Positions 1 through 10,012 of a DNA stretch of 36,125 nucleotides are shown here, piece by piece. Position 1 is the stretch's first letter. Each line of letters starts with the position of its first letter. The notes beneath the pieces were generated by a model. That model saw only the letters and a list, made by a program, of their open reading frames with translations. It was not told the DNA's origin and searched no databases. Made by a program: the position numbers and the translations under genes. This stretch comes from Alphaproteobacteria bacterium (GTDB taxonomy: Bacteria; Pseudomonadota; Alphaproteobacteria; Rhizobiales; Xanthobacteraceae). Location of the stretch: positions 1-36,125 of the forward strand of contig JAXDOO010000003.1 of the NCBI GenBank assembly GCA_034668865.1. The letters are read 5' to 3'.

Positions 1-325
1 ACGCCGCCTTGTAGCTGATCGCCAGTGAGCGGTGCAGCTGATGGGCACTGATGCCCTTCTTGCTGGACGACATGAGGTAGAAGGCCATCAGCCACTTATG
101 CAGCGCGATATGGCTGCGCTCCATGACCGTGTTCATGGTGACGGTGAAATCCTTGCGGCAGAGTTTTTCGGCACAGCGATACACGCCCGCCCGCTTAACG
201 GGGTAGGCATGGTTCACGACGCCACAATGCGGGCAGACCGGACCTTCCGGCCAGAGCACTTGCTCTAGGAAGGCGCGGGCTTCCTCGTCGGTCTGGAACT
301 TGGGGGCGTTCACTGTGCTTTGCAT
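1..325 (-). mobile_element. IS1595-family (ISXO2-like) transposase gene, first 108 codons only; the rest lies left of the window
   Basis: Absent from the ORF track because it runs off the edge. Reverse-strand translation from ATG at 325: MQSTVNAPKFQTDEEARAFLEQVLWPEGPVCPHCGVVNHAYPVKRAGVYRCAEKLCRKDFTVTMNTVMERSHIALHKWLMAFYLMSSSKKGISAHQLHRSLAISYKAA. The CPHCG...YRC..C zinc ribbon followed by H-x-x-L-x-KW is the N-terminal signature I associate with IS1595 transposases. Confidence 0.65.
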
Positions 326-540
326 CTTTGTTCTCTGGTGTTCTACGCCTTCGGCGTAACTTGCTAAAAACGCTCTGTTCTCAATTCGTACCGCTACTAC
401 AGCATATCGCGGTTGTGGTGTCAACGATATAATTGGGATTTATTTCCTGAAACGGAACTTAAACGCTAGCCGTCTATTCTTAATCTAATGGTCCGTTTGC
501 GGCGGGCGTCGCGGTAAACGGAAAGAGTGCGGTCGGGAAT

Positions 541-2499
541 GTGACAGCAAATGTGAGCTTTCCCTTGGTCAGCGGCCTGTCCGGCCAGCGGATCTACATC
601 GAAGACATCTATCCTGCCGTGGACTCTGGCCGTTTTCCGGTCAAGCGTATCGCGGGGGAGCCGGTCGAGGTATGGGTGGACATCTTCCGTGATGGCCATG
701 CGGTCCTCGCCGCCGAACTCATCTGGCGTGCCGAAGATTCCAAGAAATGGTCGCGCAATCCGCTGAGATTTCAACAGAACGACCGGTGGACCGGCAGCTT
801 CACGCCCAAAACGCCCGGTCGCTATCGCTACGCCGTCGAAGTCTGGACCGACGCCTTCGGCACCTGGCGTCGCGACTTTCTTGTCAAGCGGGATGCCGGC
901 CAGGATGTGACGCTCGAGATGCAAGAAGGCCGCCAGATCCTTGCCGGCCTCAAGCCGCGCAGCAAGGCGGACGCTTTCATCATCAGCGAGGTCTGCCGGG
1001 AATGCGAGGCCAGCAACGACCCCTCGCCGCTATTGTCAGAAGAATTATTGGCGGCCACCTCGAGAGTTCAGAATTCGGACCTCACCCGCGGCCCGGAGAT
1101 GCCCCTCGTCGCCGACCGCGCGCTTGCCCGCGCCAGCGCCTGGTACGAGATGATGCCGCGCAGCCAAAGCAGCGTCCCCGGCGAGCACGGCACCTTCGAC
1201 GATTGCATCGCTCGGCTTCCCGACATCGCAGCGCTCGGCTTCGACGTGCTTTACCTGCCGCCGATCCATCCGATCGGTCACACCAATCGCAAAGGACGCA
1301 ATAACGCCTTGCGCGCAGAGCCTGGCGATCCCGGCAGCCCTTATGCCATCGGCTCGGAAGCCGGCGGCCACGACGCCGTGCATCCCGAACTCGGGACGCT
1401 GGAGGATTTCCGCCGCCTGGTCGCTGCCTGCGCCACGCACGGCCTGGAGGTGGCGCTCGATTTCGCCATCCAGTGCTCGCCCGATCACCCTTGGCTGACC
1501 ACGCACCCCGAATGGTTCAAGCGCCGTCCCGACGGCTCGATCCAATACGCAGAGAACCCGCCGAAGAAATACGAGGACATCGTCAACCCAGATTTCTACT
1601 GCGCCGACAGCGAGCGGCTATGGGCGGCGCTGCGCGACGTCGTGCTGTTCTGGCTGAAGCAGGGAGTGCGCATCTTCCGCGTCGACAACCCGCACACTAA
1701 GCCGTTCGAGTTTTGGGCATGGCTGATCCGGGAGGTGCAGACAATTGACCCTGGCGTGGTTTTCCTGGCAGAGGCTTTCACCCGTCCGAAAGTGATGAAG
1801 GCGCTCGCCAAGCTGGGCTTCACCCAGTCCTATACCTATTTCACCTGGCGCACCGGCAAGCAGGAGCTGGAAAGCTACTTGCGTGAAATCACCGGCTATC
1901 CCGAACGCGAATATTTCCGGCCGAATTTCTTCGTCAATACGCCGGACATTCTGCCCTTCCATCTGCAATCCGGCGACCCCTGGATTTTCAAGTCGCGCGT
2001 CGCGCTCGCCGCCACCCTATCCGGCAATTACGGCATCTATAATGGGTTCGAGTTGCTCGAGCACGAACCGATCCCGGGCAAGGAAGAATATCTGCACTCG
2101 GAAAAATACGAGCTGAAGACCCGGAACTGGAACAAGCAAGGTAACATCAAGAATTATATCGGGCATCTCAACTGGCTGCGACAAAGCAATACGGCGCTGC
2201 AACAGACCAGCAATCTTCGCTTCGCGCAGGTGGACGACAACGACGTCATCGGCTTTGTGAAGGAATCCACGTCAGGCGATAACGCGGTCGCTGTTGCCAT
2301 CGCATTAAACCGCGGCGGCACGCGCCAGTTCTGGTTCCACTTCGGAGATCTCGAGATCGGTCCACAAGGGGGCCGGCGGCGTGTGCGCGCGATCGAAAAC
2401 CTAATCACGGGCGAGCAGCATATGATCGAATGGGGGGGCGTGCGGCTTCGCATCGAGCCCGACCAGGATCCGGCGCTGCTGTTCCGTTGCTTGTTGTGA
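541..2499 (+). CDS. glgE: alpha-1,4-glucan:maltose-1-phosphate maltosyltransferase (GlgE)
   Basis: 652-aa ORF. N-terminus GQRIYIEDIYPAVDSGRFPVKRIAGEPVEVW and GH13 core (IFRVDNPHTKP, VVFLAEAFTRP) are typical of GlgE. The GTG start at 541 is taken from the track and is uncertain. Confidence 0.85.
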   Translation: MTANVSFPLVSGLSGQRIYIEDIYPAVDSGRFPVKRIAGEPVEVWVDIFRDGHAVLAAELIWRAEDSKKWSRNPLRFQQNDRWTGSFTPKTPGRYRYAVEVWTDAFGTWRRDFLVKRDAGQDVTLEMQEGRQILAGLKPRSKADAFIISEVCRECEASNDPSPLLSEELLAATSRVQNSDLTRGPEMPLVADRALARASAWYEMMPRSQSSVPGEHGTFDDCIARLPDIAALGFDVLYLPPIHPIGHTNRKGRNNALRAEPGDPGSPYAIGSEAGGHDAVHPELGTLEDFRRLVAACATHGLEVALDFAIQCSPDHPWLTTHPEWFKRRPDGSIQYAENPPKKYEDIVNPDFYCADSERLWAALRDVVLFWLKQGVRIFRVDNPHTKPFEFWAWLIREVQTIDPGVVFLAEAFTRPKVMKALAKLGFTQSYTYFTWRTGKQELESYLREITGYPEREYFRPNFFVNTPDILPFHLQSGDPWIFKSRVALAATLSGNYGIYNGFELLEHEPIPGKEEYLHSEKYELKTRNWNKQGNIKNYIGHLNWLRQSNTALQQTSNLRFAQVDDNDVIGFVKESTSGDNAVAVAIALNRGGTRQFWFHFGDLEIGPQGGRRRVRAIENLITGEQHMIEWGGVRLRIEPDQDPALLFRCLL

Positions 2500-2503
2500 C
2501 ACC

Positions 2504-5500
2504 ATGAATGTTCTGACCGACATCAAAGCCGAAACGAGTCTGGCCGGCGATCAGCTCTGGTACAAGGACGCCATCATCTATCAGCTGCATGTGAAGGCTT
2601 TCGCCGACAGCAACAATGATGGCATTGGCGATTTTGAGGGCCTGACCCAGAAGCTCGACTATCTGCAGGACCTCGGCGTCACCACCATTTGGCTGCTTCC
2701 CTTCTATCCCTCTCCTGGCCGCGATGACGGCTACGACATCGCCGATTATCGCCAGATCAATCCCGACTTCGGCACGCTCTCGGATTTCCGCCGCTTCATG
2801 CACGAAGCCAAGCGGCGCAAGCTGCACGTCATTACAGAACTCGTGATCAATCATACCTCGGATCAGCATGCCTGGTTCCGGCGAGCGCGCCGCAGCAAGC
2901 CGACTTCCGATGCGCGCAACTGGTATGTCTGGAGCGACAACGACCAGCGCTATGCCGGTACCCGCATCATTTTCAACGACACCGAAAAGTCCAACTGGGC
3001 TTGGGATTCCACCGCCCAGGCCTATTACTGGCACCGCTTCTTCTCGCATCAGCCGGACCTGAATTTCGGCAATCGCCGGGTATTGCTTGCGCTGATGCAG
3101 GTGATGCGGCGATGGCTCGACTTTGGCGTCGACGGATTCCGGCTCGATGCCATTCCCTATCTCTGCGAGCGCGAGGGCACCAATAACGAGAACCTCCCGG
3201 AGACCCATGCGGTCATCAAGCAGATCAGGGCGGAGCTCGACTCCTATGCACCCGGCAAGCTGCTGCTGGCGGAGGCCAATCAGTGGCCGGAAGATGTCAG
3301 CGCCTATTTCGGAAACGGCGACGAATGCCACATGGCTTATCATTTCCCTTTGATGCCGCGCATCTACATGGCAATCGCCCAGGAAGACCGGTTCCCGATC
3401 GCCGATATCCTGCGGCAGACTCCGGATATCCCGGAGAATTGCCAGTGGGCCTTGTTCCTGCGCAACCATGACGAGCTCACGCTCGAAATGGTCACGGACG
3501 TGGAGCGCGACTATCTCTGGTCGACCTACGCCACCGATCCGCGCGCGCGTATTAATCTCGGTATTCGCCGACGCCTCGCGCCTCTGATGGATAACGACCG
3601 CCGCAAAATCGAGCTGATGAATTCGCTGCTGCTATCGTTCCCCGGCACGCCGATCATCTATTACGGCGATGAGATCGGCATGGGCGACAATATCTATCTT
3701 GGCGACCGCAATGGCGTGCGCACACCGATGCAATGGACGCCCGACCGCAACGGCGGGTTTTCACGCTGCGATCCCGCCCGGCTTTACGCGCCCATGATCA
3801 TGGATCCGGTCTACGGCTACGAAGCGGTGAATGTGGAGGCGCAGGCGCGCAGCCTGGGCTCATTGCTGAGCTGGACAAAGCGGCTGATCGCCGTGCGCAA
3901 GTCTCGCAAGGTATTCGGCCGCGGTTCGCTCTCATTCATTCGTCCGGCAAACCGGTCGGTGCTGGTCTATGTCCGGCAGTACCAGGGCGACGTGCTGCTC
4001 TGCGTGGCCAATCTCTCGCGCTCGGCGCAAGCGGCAGAGATCGATCTTTCTCCGTGGCGCGGGCGCACCCCGTTGGAACTGCTCGGCAACAAGGATTTCC
4101 CGCCGATCGGCGACCGGCCTTACGTAGTCACCCTCGCCCCTTATGGCTTCTTCTGGTTCCAGCTGTGTGAAAATCTCGAGAAGCGGACGGATACTCCCAC
4201 GACTCCCCCGGAACTGGAGACGCTGGTCGTCACCGACGGCTTGGCTTCGCTTTTGCAGGGCCGTTCCAAGCAGATCCTGGAATACGACGTGCTGCCGGGA
4301 TTCCTGTCGTCGCATCGCTGGTTCGCCGACCGCGGCAGCCCGTCGATCCTGACCCGGATTGCGGGTGCCATTCCGCTGAAGCCCGGCGACCCGGGCATGG
4401 AGCTGGCGCTGGTGGAGGCCACGGGTACGCGCGAAACCTCGTACTACTTCCTGCCGCTGACGGTGAAATGGCAGCGCATGGACCGCTCGCAGAGAAACCC
4501 GAACATGCTGGCCGCCGTGCGACGCGGGCCGCGCGAAGGCGCGATGTTCGACGTGACCGCCGACGCGGAATTTATTTCGGTCGTGTTGGATAAGGTGCAG
4601 GCTGCCGAAACGATCGAAGCCGGCGACCTCCGGCTCGAATTCCGTCCGGTCGGAGAATTCCCCGCGCTTGGACCCGCTACGGCGGAAAATGTTCGTGCCG
4701 TCAATGCCGAACAGTCGAACACCACTGCGCTGGTCGGTAACAATTACGTCGTCAAGCTCTTCCGCCGCCGCACGCCCGGCATCAACCCGGAGATTGAGAT
4801 CGGCCGCTTTCTTACGGAACAAGCGGCGTTCGCCAACACGCCGGCGTTGATCGGCACCGTCGAACTTGTCGAGGACGGCCAAGCCAGCGCGGTCGCCGTG
4901 GTTCATCGCTTCGTGGAAAATCAGGGTGACGCCTGGGCAGCAACCACTGCCTATCTCGACCGCTATGCGGAAGAGCAGCGCCTTCTTCCCCCCGATTCAT
5001 CTGGCGAAAGCCAGGAACAGGGCGGCTATCTGCGGCTGATGGGCCATGTCGGAAAACGCGTTGCGGAACTGCAGCTCGCGCTCGCCAGCCGCAGCGACAT
5101 TGCTGATTTCGCTCCCGAACCGGTCACCAAAGATGACTTGAAGACATGGATCAATCAGACGCTGGAACGCGCCCATCGCCTGTTTGAAGATCTGCTCCGG
5201 CGCCGCCCGGGTCTTTCTGAATCCGACCGGGCGTTGACCGACACACTTCTGGCCACTGCCGACCGTCTGCCAGAGAGGCTGAACGCGATGCTGCCAGCCA
5301 GCGTCGAGGCGATGAAGATCCGCCACCATGGCGATTTCCATTTGGGCCAGATGCTAATAGTGAGAGACGATATCTTCATTATCGATTTTGAGGGCGAACC
5401 CCGGCGCAGCCTACGGGACCGGCGTCAAAAAGCGCCGGCGGCGCGCGACCTCGCCGGTTTGATCCGCTCTGTGGACTATTCGGTCACCGCAGCGCTGGGC

Positions 5501-5788
5501 CGCGCCACGCGGAACACGCCGGATGAAAACGGCAAACTCGCGCGTGCGATGCACGACTGGCGTTCGCGCTCGGTGGAAGCCGTCCTTGCGGCTTACCGCA
5601 CCGCGATGACCGATGTGCGGCTATGGCCCGCCGAGTGGAATGCCGCCGCCCGGCTGCTCGATTTCTTCCTGCTGGAAAAGGCCTTTTATGAGATAGAATA
5701 TGAATTGGCGCATCGGCCGGACTGGTTGCACGTGCCGCTCGCGGGCACACTGCGCATCCTGTCCCGTTCCGAAGGGACTCCGTCATGA
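2504..5788 (+). CDS. treS: trehalose synthase fused to maltokinase (TreS-Pep2/Mak)
   Basis: 1094-aa ORF starting 4 nt after the glgE stop. The N-terminal ~560 aa are GH13 trehalose synthase ([48 protein letters not shown]). The C-terminal ~450 aa are a kinase-like Pep2 domain ([11 protein letters not shown]...IIDFEGEP). Confidence 0.9.
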   Translation: MNVLTDIKAETSLAGDQLWYKDAIIYQLHVKAFADSNNDGIGDFEGLTQKLDYLQDLGVTTIWLLPFYPSPGRDDGYDIADYRQINPDFGTLSDFRRFMHEAKRRKLHVITELVINHTSDQHAWFRRARRSKPTSDARNWYVWSDNDQRYAGTRIIFNDTEKSNWAWDSTAQAYYWHRFFSHQPDLNFGNRRVLLALMQVMRRWLDFGVDGFRLDAIPYLCEREGTNNENLPETHAVIKQIRAELDSYAPGKLLLAEANQWPEDVSAYFGNGDECHMAYHFPLMPRIYMAIAQEDRFPIADILRQTPDIPENCQWALFLRNHDELTLEMVTDVERDYLWSTYATDPRARINLGIRRRLAPLMDNDRRKIELMNSLLLSFPGTPIIYYGDEIGMGDNIYLGDRNGVRTPMQWTPDRNGGFSRCDPARLYAPMIMDPVYGYEAVNVEAQARSLGSLLSWTKRLIAVRKSRKVFGRGSLSFIRPANRSVLVYVRQYQGDVLLCVANLSRSAQAAEIDLSPWRGRTPLELLGNKDFPPIGDRPYVVTLAPYGFFWFQLCENLEKRTDTPTTPPELETLVVTDGLASLLQGRSKQILEYDVLPGFLSSHRWFADRGSPSILTRIAGAIPLKPGDPGMELALVEATGTRETSYYFLPLTVKWQRMDRSQRNPNMLAAVRRGPREGAMFDVTADAEFISVVLDKVQAAETIEAGDLRLEFRPVGEFPALGPATAENVRAVNAEQSNTTALVGNNYVVKLFRRRTPGINPEIEIGRFLTEQAAFANTPALIGTVELVEDGQASAVAVVHRFVENQGDAWAATTAYLDRYAEEQRLLPPDSSGESQEQGGYLRLMGHVGKRVAELQLALASRSDIADFAPEPVTKDDLKTWINQTLERAHRLFEDLLRRRPGLSESDRALTDTLLATADRLPERLNAMLPASVEAMKIRHHGDFHLGQMLIVRDDIFIIDFEGEPRRSLRDRRQKAPAARDLAGLIRSVDYSVTAALGRATRNTPDENGKLARAMHDWRSRSVEAVLAAYRTAMTDVRLWPAEWNAAARLLDFFLLEKAFYEIEYELAHRPDWLHVPLAGTLRILSRSEGTPS

Positions 5789-7941
5789 GTAAACTCCCGC
5801 GCGAAGCTTACGCCATCATCGAGGGCCGGCATTCCGATCCATTCCACTATCTCGGCCGGCATATGGAGAAAGATGTCGCGGTGGTCCGCGCCTTTCTGCC
5901 TGATGCGGCCGAGGTCCGCGTCATCGACGAGCAAGGCCATGAGAGCAAGCTCAATCGTATCCACGACGCCGGGCTCTTTGCCGGACGTTTGCCTAACGGC
6001 TCGCAGCGCTATCAGCTGCGCGCGCGCTTTGGCCAGAACGTCGTCGAGCTGGAAGATCCCTATCGCTTCCCGCCGGTGCTGTCGGAATTCGACCTCTATC
6101 TCCTGTCCGAGGGCACGCATGTTCATCTTTATGAGAAGCTCGGCGCGCATCCGATGACGCATGAGGGCGTCCCTGGGGTAGCCTTCGTCGTGTTCGTCCC
6201 CGGCGCCAAGCGCGTGAGCGTGGTGGGCGATTTCAATTTGTGGGACGGCCGGCGGCATGCGATGCGCGTGCGCGGCAACGGCTTCTGGGAAATCTTCGTC
6301 CCGCGAGCAAGAGTCGGCGATCACTATAAATACGAGATTGTCGGAATGGACGGCCGGATGTTGCCGCTGAAATCCGATCCCGTTGCCTTTGCCTCCGAAG
6401 TGCGCCCCAGCACCGCGTCAATCGTCGTCGACCTTGATGCGGTGCCGCTCCCTGCTCCCGCGCCGGAAGGCGTCAATGCGCTGAGCGCGCCGATCTCGAT
6501 CTATGAAGTGCATCTCGGCTCATGGCGCCGGCGGCCGGAGGATGGCAACCGCTGGCTCACTTACCGCGAAATGGCCGCCGAGCTGCCAGCTTATGTGAAA
6601 GACCTCGGCTTCACTCATATCGAATTAATGCCGATAAACGAGCATCCATTCGATGGCTCCTGGGGCTATCAACCGACCGGCCTGTTCGCACCCACCAGCC
6701 GCTTCGGCACGCCGGAAGATTTTGCGGCTCTGATCGATGCCTGCCATCAAGCCGGCCTTGCCGTGCTCATTGACTGGGTGCCCGGGCATTTTCCCGACGA
6801 CCCGCATGGGCTTGCGCAATTCAACGGCACCGCACTCTACGAACACGCCAATCCGCTGCAGGGACGGCACCTCGACTGGGGCACCCTGATCTACAATTAC
6901 GGGCGCACGGAAGTGGCGAATTTCCTGCTCGCCAGCGGTCTGTTTTGGCTCGACCGTTATCGTGTCGACGGCCTGCGGGTGGATGCGGTCGCCTCCATGC
7001 TCTATCTCGACTACAGCCGCCCTGAGGGCGGATGGATTCCGAACAAAGATGGCGGGCGCGAAAATCTTGACGCCGTCGCTTTCCTACGCCGCTTCAACTC
7101 GGAAGTTTTCCTGCGCCATCCGAACGCGACCACCGCGGCGGAGGAATCCACCGCCTGGCCGATGGTGTCGCGCCCGGTGGATTGGGGCGGGCTCGGCTTC
7201 GGCTATAAATGGAACATGGGTTGGATGCACGACACTCTGGAATACATCAGCAAGGATCCGATCTACCGCAGACATCACCACGGTCAGATCCTGTTCGGTC
7301 TGCACTACGCCTTCTCGGAAAATTTCATCCTGCCGCTGTCGCATGATGAAGTCGTGCACGGGAAGCGCTCCATTCTCGGGCGCATGCCGGGGGACGAGTG
7401 GCAGCGCTTCGCCAGCCTGCGCGCTTATTACGCTTTCATGTTCGGGCATCCGGGTAAGAAGCTGATGTTCATGGGCAGCGAATTCGGTCAGGAGCGCGAG
7501 TGGAGCCACGACCATTCGCTCGATTGGCACCTGCTGGAAAATCCCAAGCACGCCGGCATCCAAGCGCTCATTCGCGATCTCAACAAGCTCTATCGGGACG
7601 TGCCGGCGCTGCACGAACTTGACTGCGATCATAACGGCTTTGAATGGCTGGTGATGCATGACGCCGACCGCAGCGTCTTCGCCTGGCTGCGGAAGGGACA
7701 CGACACACGTGACCGCTGCCTGGTCGTGGTCAATTTCACGCCGCAGGTCTATCGCGACTATCGCGTCCGCGTGCCTTTCGCCGGCGCGTGGCGGGAAGTC
7801 CTCAATACCGACGCGGCGATTTATGGCGGCAGCAATGTCGGGAACGCTGGAGCGGTGAAGACGTTGGACGAAGGCCCCATCCCCGAGGTCAGTCTTGCGA
7901 TTCCTCCGCTTGCTGCAATCTTTCTCGTCCCAGAGCAGTAG
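5785..7941 (+). CDS. glgB: 1,4-alpha-glucan branching enzyme
   Basis: 718-aa ORF with GH13 branching-enzyme motifs ([42 protein letters not shown]). The ATG overlaps the treS stop (ATGA at 5785-5788). Confidence 0.9.
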   Translation: MSKLPREAYAIIEGRHSDPFHYLGRHMEKDVAVVRAFLPDAAEVRVIDEQGHESKLNRIHDAGLFAGRLPNGSQRYQLRARFGQNVVELEDPYRFPPVLSEFDLYLLSEGTHVHLYEKLGAHPMTHEGVPGVAFVVFVPGAKRVSVVGDFNLWDGRRHAMRVRGNGFWEIFVPRARVGDHYKYEIVGMDGRMLPLKSDPVAFASEVRPSTASIVVDLDAVPLPAPAPEGVNALSAPISIYEVHLGSWRRRPEDGNRWLTYREMAAELPAYVKDLGFTHIELMPINEHPFDGSWGYQPTGLFAPTSRFGTPEDFAALIDACHQAGLAVLIDWVPGHFPDDPHGLAQFNGTALYEHANPLQGRHLDWGTLIYNYGRTEVANFLLASGLFWLDRYRVDGLRVDAVASMLYLDYSRPEGGWIPNKDGGRENLDAVAFLRRFNSEVFLRHPNATTAAEESTAWPMVSRPVDWGGLGFGYKWNMGWMHDTLEYISKDPIYRRHHHGQILFGLHYAFSENFILPLSHDEVVHGKRSILGRMPGDEWQRFASLRAYYAFMFGHPGKKLMFMGSEFGQEREWSHDHSLDWHLLENPKHAGIQALIRDLNKLYRDVPALHELDCDHNGFEWLVMHDADRSVFAWLRKGHDTRDRCLVVVNFTPQVYRDYRVRVPFAGAWREVLNTDAAIYGGSNVGNAGAVKTLDEGPIPEVSLAIPPLAAIFLVPEQ

Positions 7942-7942
7942 C

Positions 7943-10012
7943 ATGCGGCTTTCGGCCGGCGCTCCGCATCCCCTTGGCGCGACCTGGGATGGACGGGGCA
8001 CCAACTTCGCGCTGTTCTCCGCCAACGCGACAAAGGTGGAGCTCTGCTTTTTTGACAGCCAGGGCAAACGCGAGCTAGAGCGGATCACGTTGCCGGAGCG
8101 CACCGAAGACGTGTGGCACGGCTATCTCAATGACGTCGCGCCAGGGCAGCTCTATGGGTATCGCGTGCACGGCCCCTATCGCCCTGAGCAAGGCTTCCGC
8201 TTCAATGCGCATAAGCTCCTGATCGATCCTTATGCGAAGCGCCTGGCCGGACGCCTGGTGTGGAGTGATGCGCATTTCGCGTATCGCACCGGCACGCATC
8301 GCGAAGATCTGTCCTTCGACCGCCGTGACAATGCGCGCGGTATGCCGAAGGCCGTGGTGATCGACCAGGCCTTCACCTGGGGCGAAGAGAAACGGCCCTT
8401 CGTTCCGTGGGAAGACACGATTTTTTACGAAGCGCATGTGAAGGGATTGACGCAAATGCGTGAAGACGTGCCGCGCGCCTGGCGCGGCACCTTTCGCGGA
8501 TTGGCCGCGCCTTCAGTAATCGAGCATCTGCGCCGGCTCGGCGTGACCACGCTGGAGCTGCTTCCGATCCATGCCTTTGTGGACGACCGGCATCTGGTCG
8601 AGCGCGGACTGAGCAATTACTGGGGCTATAACACGATCGGATTCTTCGCCCCGGAGCCACGTTACGCCAACGACAACGGGCTCGATGCCTTCCGCTCCAC
8701 GGTTTCGCGCCTGCATGATGCCGGCATCGAGGTCGTCCTGGACGTGGTCTACAACCACACCGCCGAAGGCAATCACATGGGCCCGACGTTGATCTTTCGG
8801 GGTATCGACAATACGTCCTATTATTGGTTACGGCCTGGTGAGCCGCGCTACTATGACGACTTTACCGGCGTGGGTAACTCGCTGAATCTCAGCCATCCGC
8901 GCGTGCTGCAGATGGTGATGGATTCACTGCGCTACTGGGTCGAGGTCTGTCATGTCGACGGCTTCCGCTTCGATCTGGCCTCAACACTCGGACGCGGACC
9001 AAACGGCTTCGACAAAGGCTCGGCCTTCTTCGCCGCTATCCGGCAGGATCCGGTGCTGGCAAGCGCGAAATTGGTCGCGGAGCCCTGGGATATCGGCCCC
9101 GGCGGTTACCGCGTCGGCGGGTTTCCACCCGGCTGGTCGGAATGGAACGATCAATATCGCCAAACGATGCGGCGCTATACGCATGGCGCGGGAAACCTGC
9201 TGGGCGAGGTCAGCCGCCGCATGACAGGTTCCGCCGACCTGTTCAACCACGACGGCCGCAGTCCGCGCGCCAGCATCAACCACATCACCGTGCATGACGG
9301 GTTTACGCTCGCCGATCTGGTGAGCTACGAGCAAAAACACAACGAGGCCAACGGGGAGGATAACCGCGACGGCTCCGACGACAACCAGAGCACCAATTGC
9401 GGCGTCGAGGGACCGACCGAGGACCCGAATATTCTGCAAATGCGCCGTCAGCTGAGGCGCAATCACCTGGCGTCGCTGCTGCTGGCGCACGGGGTTCCGC
9501 TGATTCTCGCCGGCGACGAGGTCGGCAACAGCCAGAGCGGCAACAACAACGCATATTGTCAGGACGACGAGATCGGTTGGGTTGACTGGTCCGCGCTAGG
9601 CCGCGACGACGAGGACCTGACGGGCCTAGTGGCCCAGCTCACGGATATCCGCCGCCGCTTTCCGCAATTGCGCTCGCGCCATTGGGTGGACGGGCGTCGC
9701 GAGGACGACTCCTTCGGCGTCCTATGGCTCACGCCGCAAGCGAACGAAATGACCGAACAGGACTGGAATTTTCCGGAAGGACGCTTCCTCTCTTATGTGC
9801 TGGGGCCGCTTGACGGTCACGCCCCGCTCTTCATCGTGCTTAATTCCGCGCCGGAAGCGATCGAATTCACGCTGCCGAATATTCCGCGATACAACATATG
9901 GATCGCCATCCTTGACACCGGGCCGGAGGCGAACCTTGGACAAAAGCTGCCGGCGGGGTGGAAATCACAAGCGCCTGCGCGTTCTGTTCTTGTTTATTCG
10001 GGCTCGAAATGA
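7943..10012 (+). CDS. glgX: glycogen debranching enzyme GlgX
   Basis: The track ORF starts at 7895 inside glgB. I prefer ATG 7943 (MRLSAGAPHPLGATWDGRGTNFALFS), 1 nt after the glgB stop. GH13 motifs: VDGFRFDLA, AEPWD, HDGFTL. Confidence 0.88.
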   Translation: MRLSAGAPHPLGATWDGRGTNFALFSANATKVELCFFDSQGKRELERITLPERTEDVWHGYLNDVAPGQLYGYRVHGPYRPEQGFRFNAHKLLIDPYAKRLAGRLVWSDAHFAYRTGTHREDLSFDRRDNARGMPKAVVIDQAFTWGEEKRPFVPWEDTIFYEAHVKGLTQMREDVPRAWRGTFRGLAAPSVIEHLRRLGVTTLELLPIHAFVDDRHLVERGLSNYWGYNTIGFFAPEPRYANDNGLDAFRSTVSRLHDAGIEVVLDVVYNHTAEGNHMGPTLIFRGIDNTSYYWLRPGEPRYYDDFTGVGNSLNLSHPRVLQMVMDSLRYWVEVCHVDGFRFDLASTLGRGPNGFDKGSAFFAAIRQDPVLASAKLVAEPWDIGPGGYRVGGFPPGWSEWNDQYRQTMRRYTHGAGNLLGEVSRRMTGSADLFNHDGRSPRASINHITVHDGFTLADLVSYEQKHNEANGEDNRDGSDDNQSTNCGVEGPTEDPNILQMRRQLRRNHLASLLLAHGVPLILAGDEVGNSQSGNNNAYCQDDEIGWVDWSALGRDDEDLTGLVAQLTDIRRRFPQLRSRHWVDGRREDDSFGVLWLTPQANEMTEQDWNFPEGRFLSYVLGPLDGHAPLFIVLNSAPEAIEFTLPNIPRYNIWIAILDTGPEANLGQKLPAGWKSQAPARSVLVYSGSK

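Noticed and set aside
32-268. 78-aa plus-strand ORF at the left edge.
   Set aside because: It is antisense to the much better supported IS1595 transposase reading frame (zinc-ribbon motif) on the minus strand.
344-358. Short hairpin TACGC-CTTCG-GCGTA downstream of the transposase start region.
   Set aside because: It has only 5-6 bp, no U tail and no clear role. It may be part of the IS end, which cannot be judged without the other terminus.
2405-3469. Long antisense ORFs opposite real genes. Examples: 2405..3469, 3932..4906, 5686..6324, 7084..8103, 11751..12773, 16780..17607, 18993..19715, 22892..23839 (all minus). On the plus strand: 747..1304, 24644..25084, 25692..26195, 27721..28305.
   Set aside because: They lie fully inside recognisable genes on the other strand and have Arg/Ala/Pro/Gly-rich, low-information translations. 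These are typical shadow ORFs of high-GC DNA, and none shows a family motif or ribosome-binding site.
7895-7942. N-terminal extensions of track ORFs: glgX from 7895, treZ from 9958, treY from 11499, ABC ATPase from 17411, DUF2188 from 27710, phyR from 33341, exported protein from 30583, DUF1328 from 34517, DUF2934 from 14633.
   Set aside because: The extensions overlap the preceding gene or a predicted promoter or SD. Internal ATG/GTG codons have good SD sequences and/or stop-start overlaps, and give N-termini matching the family consensus.
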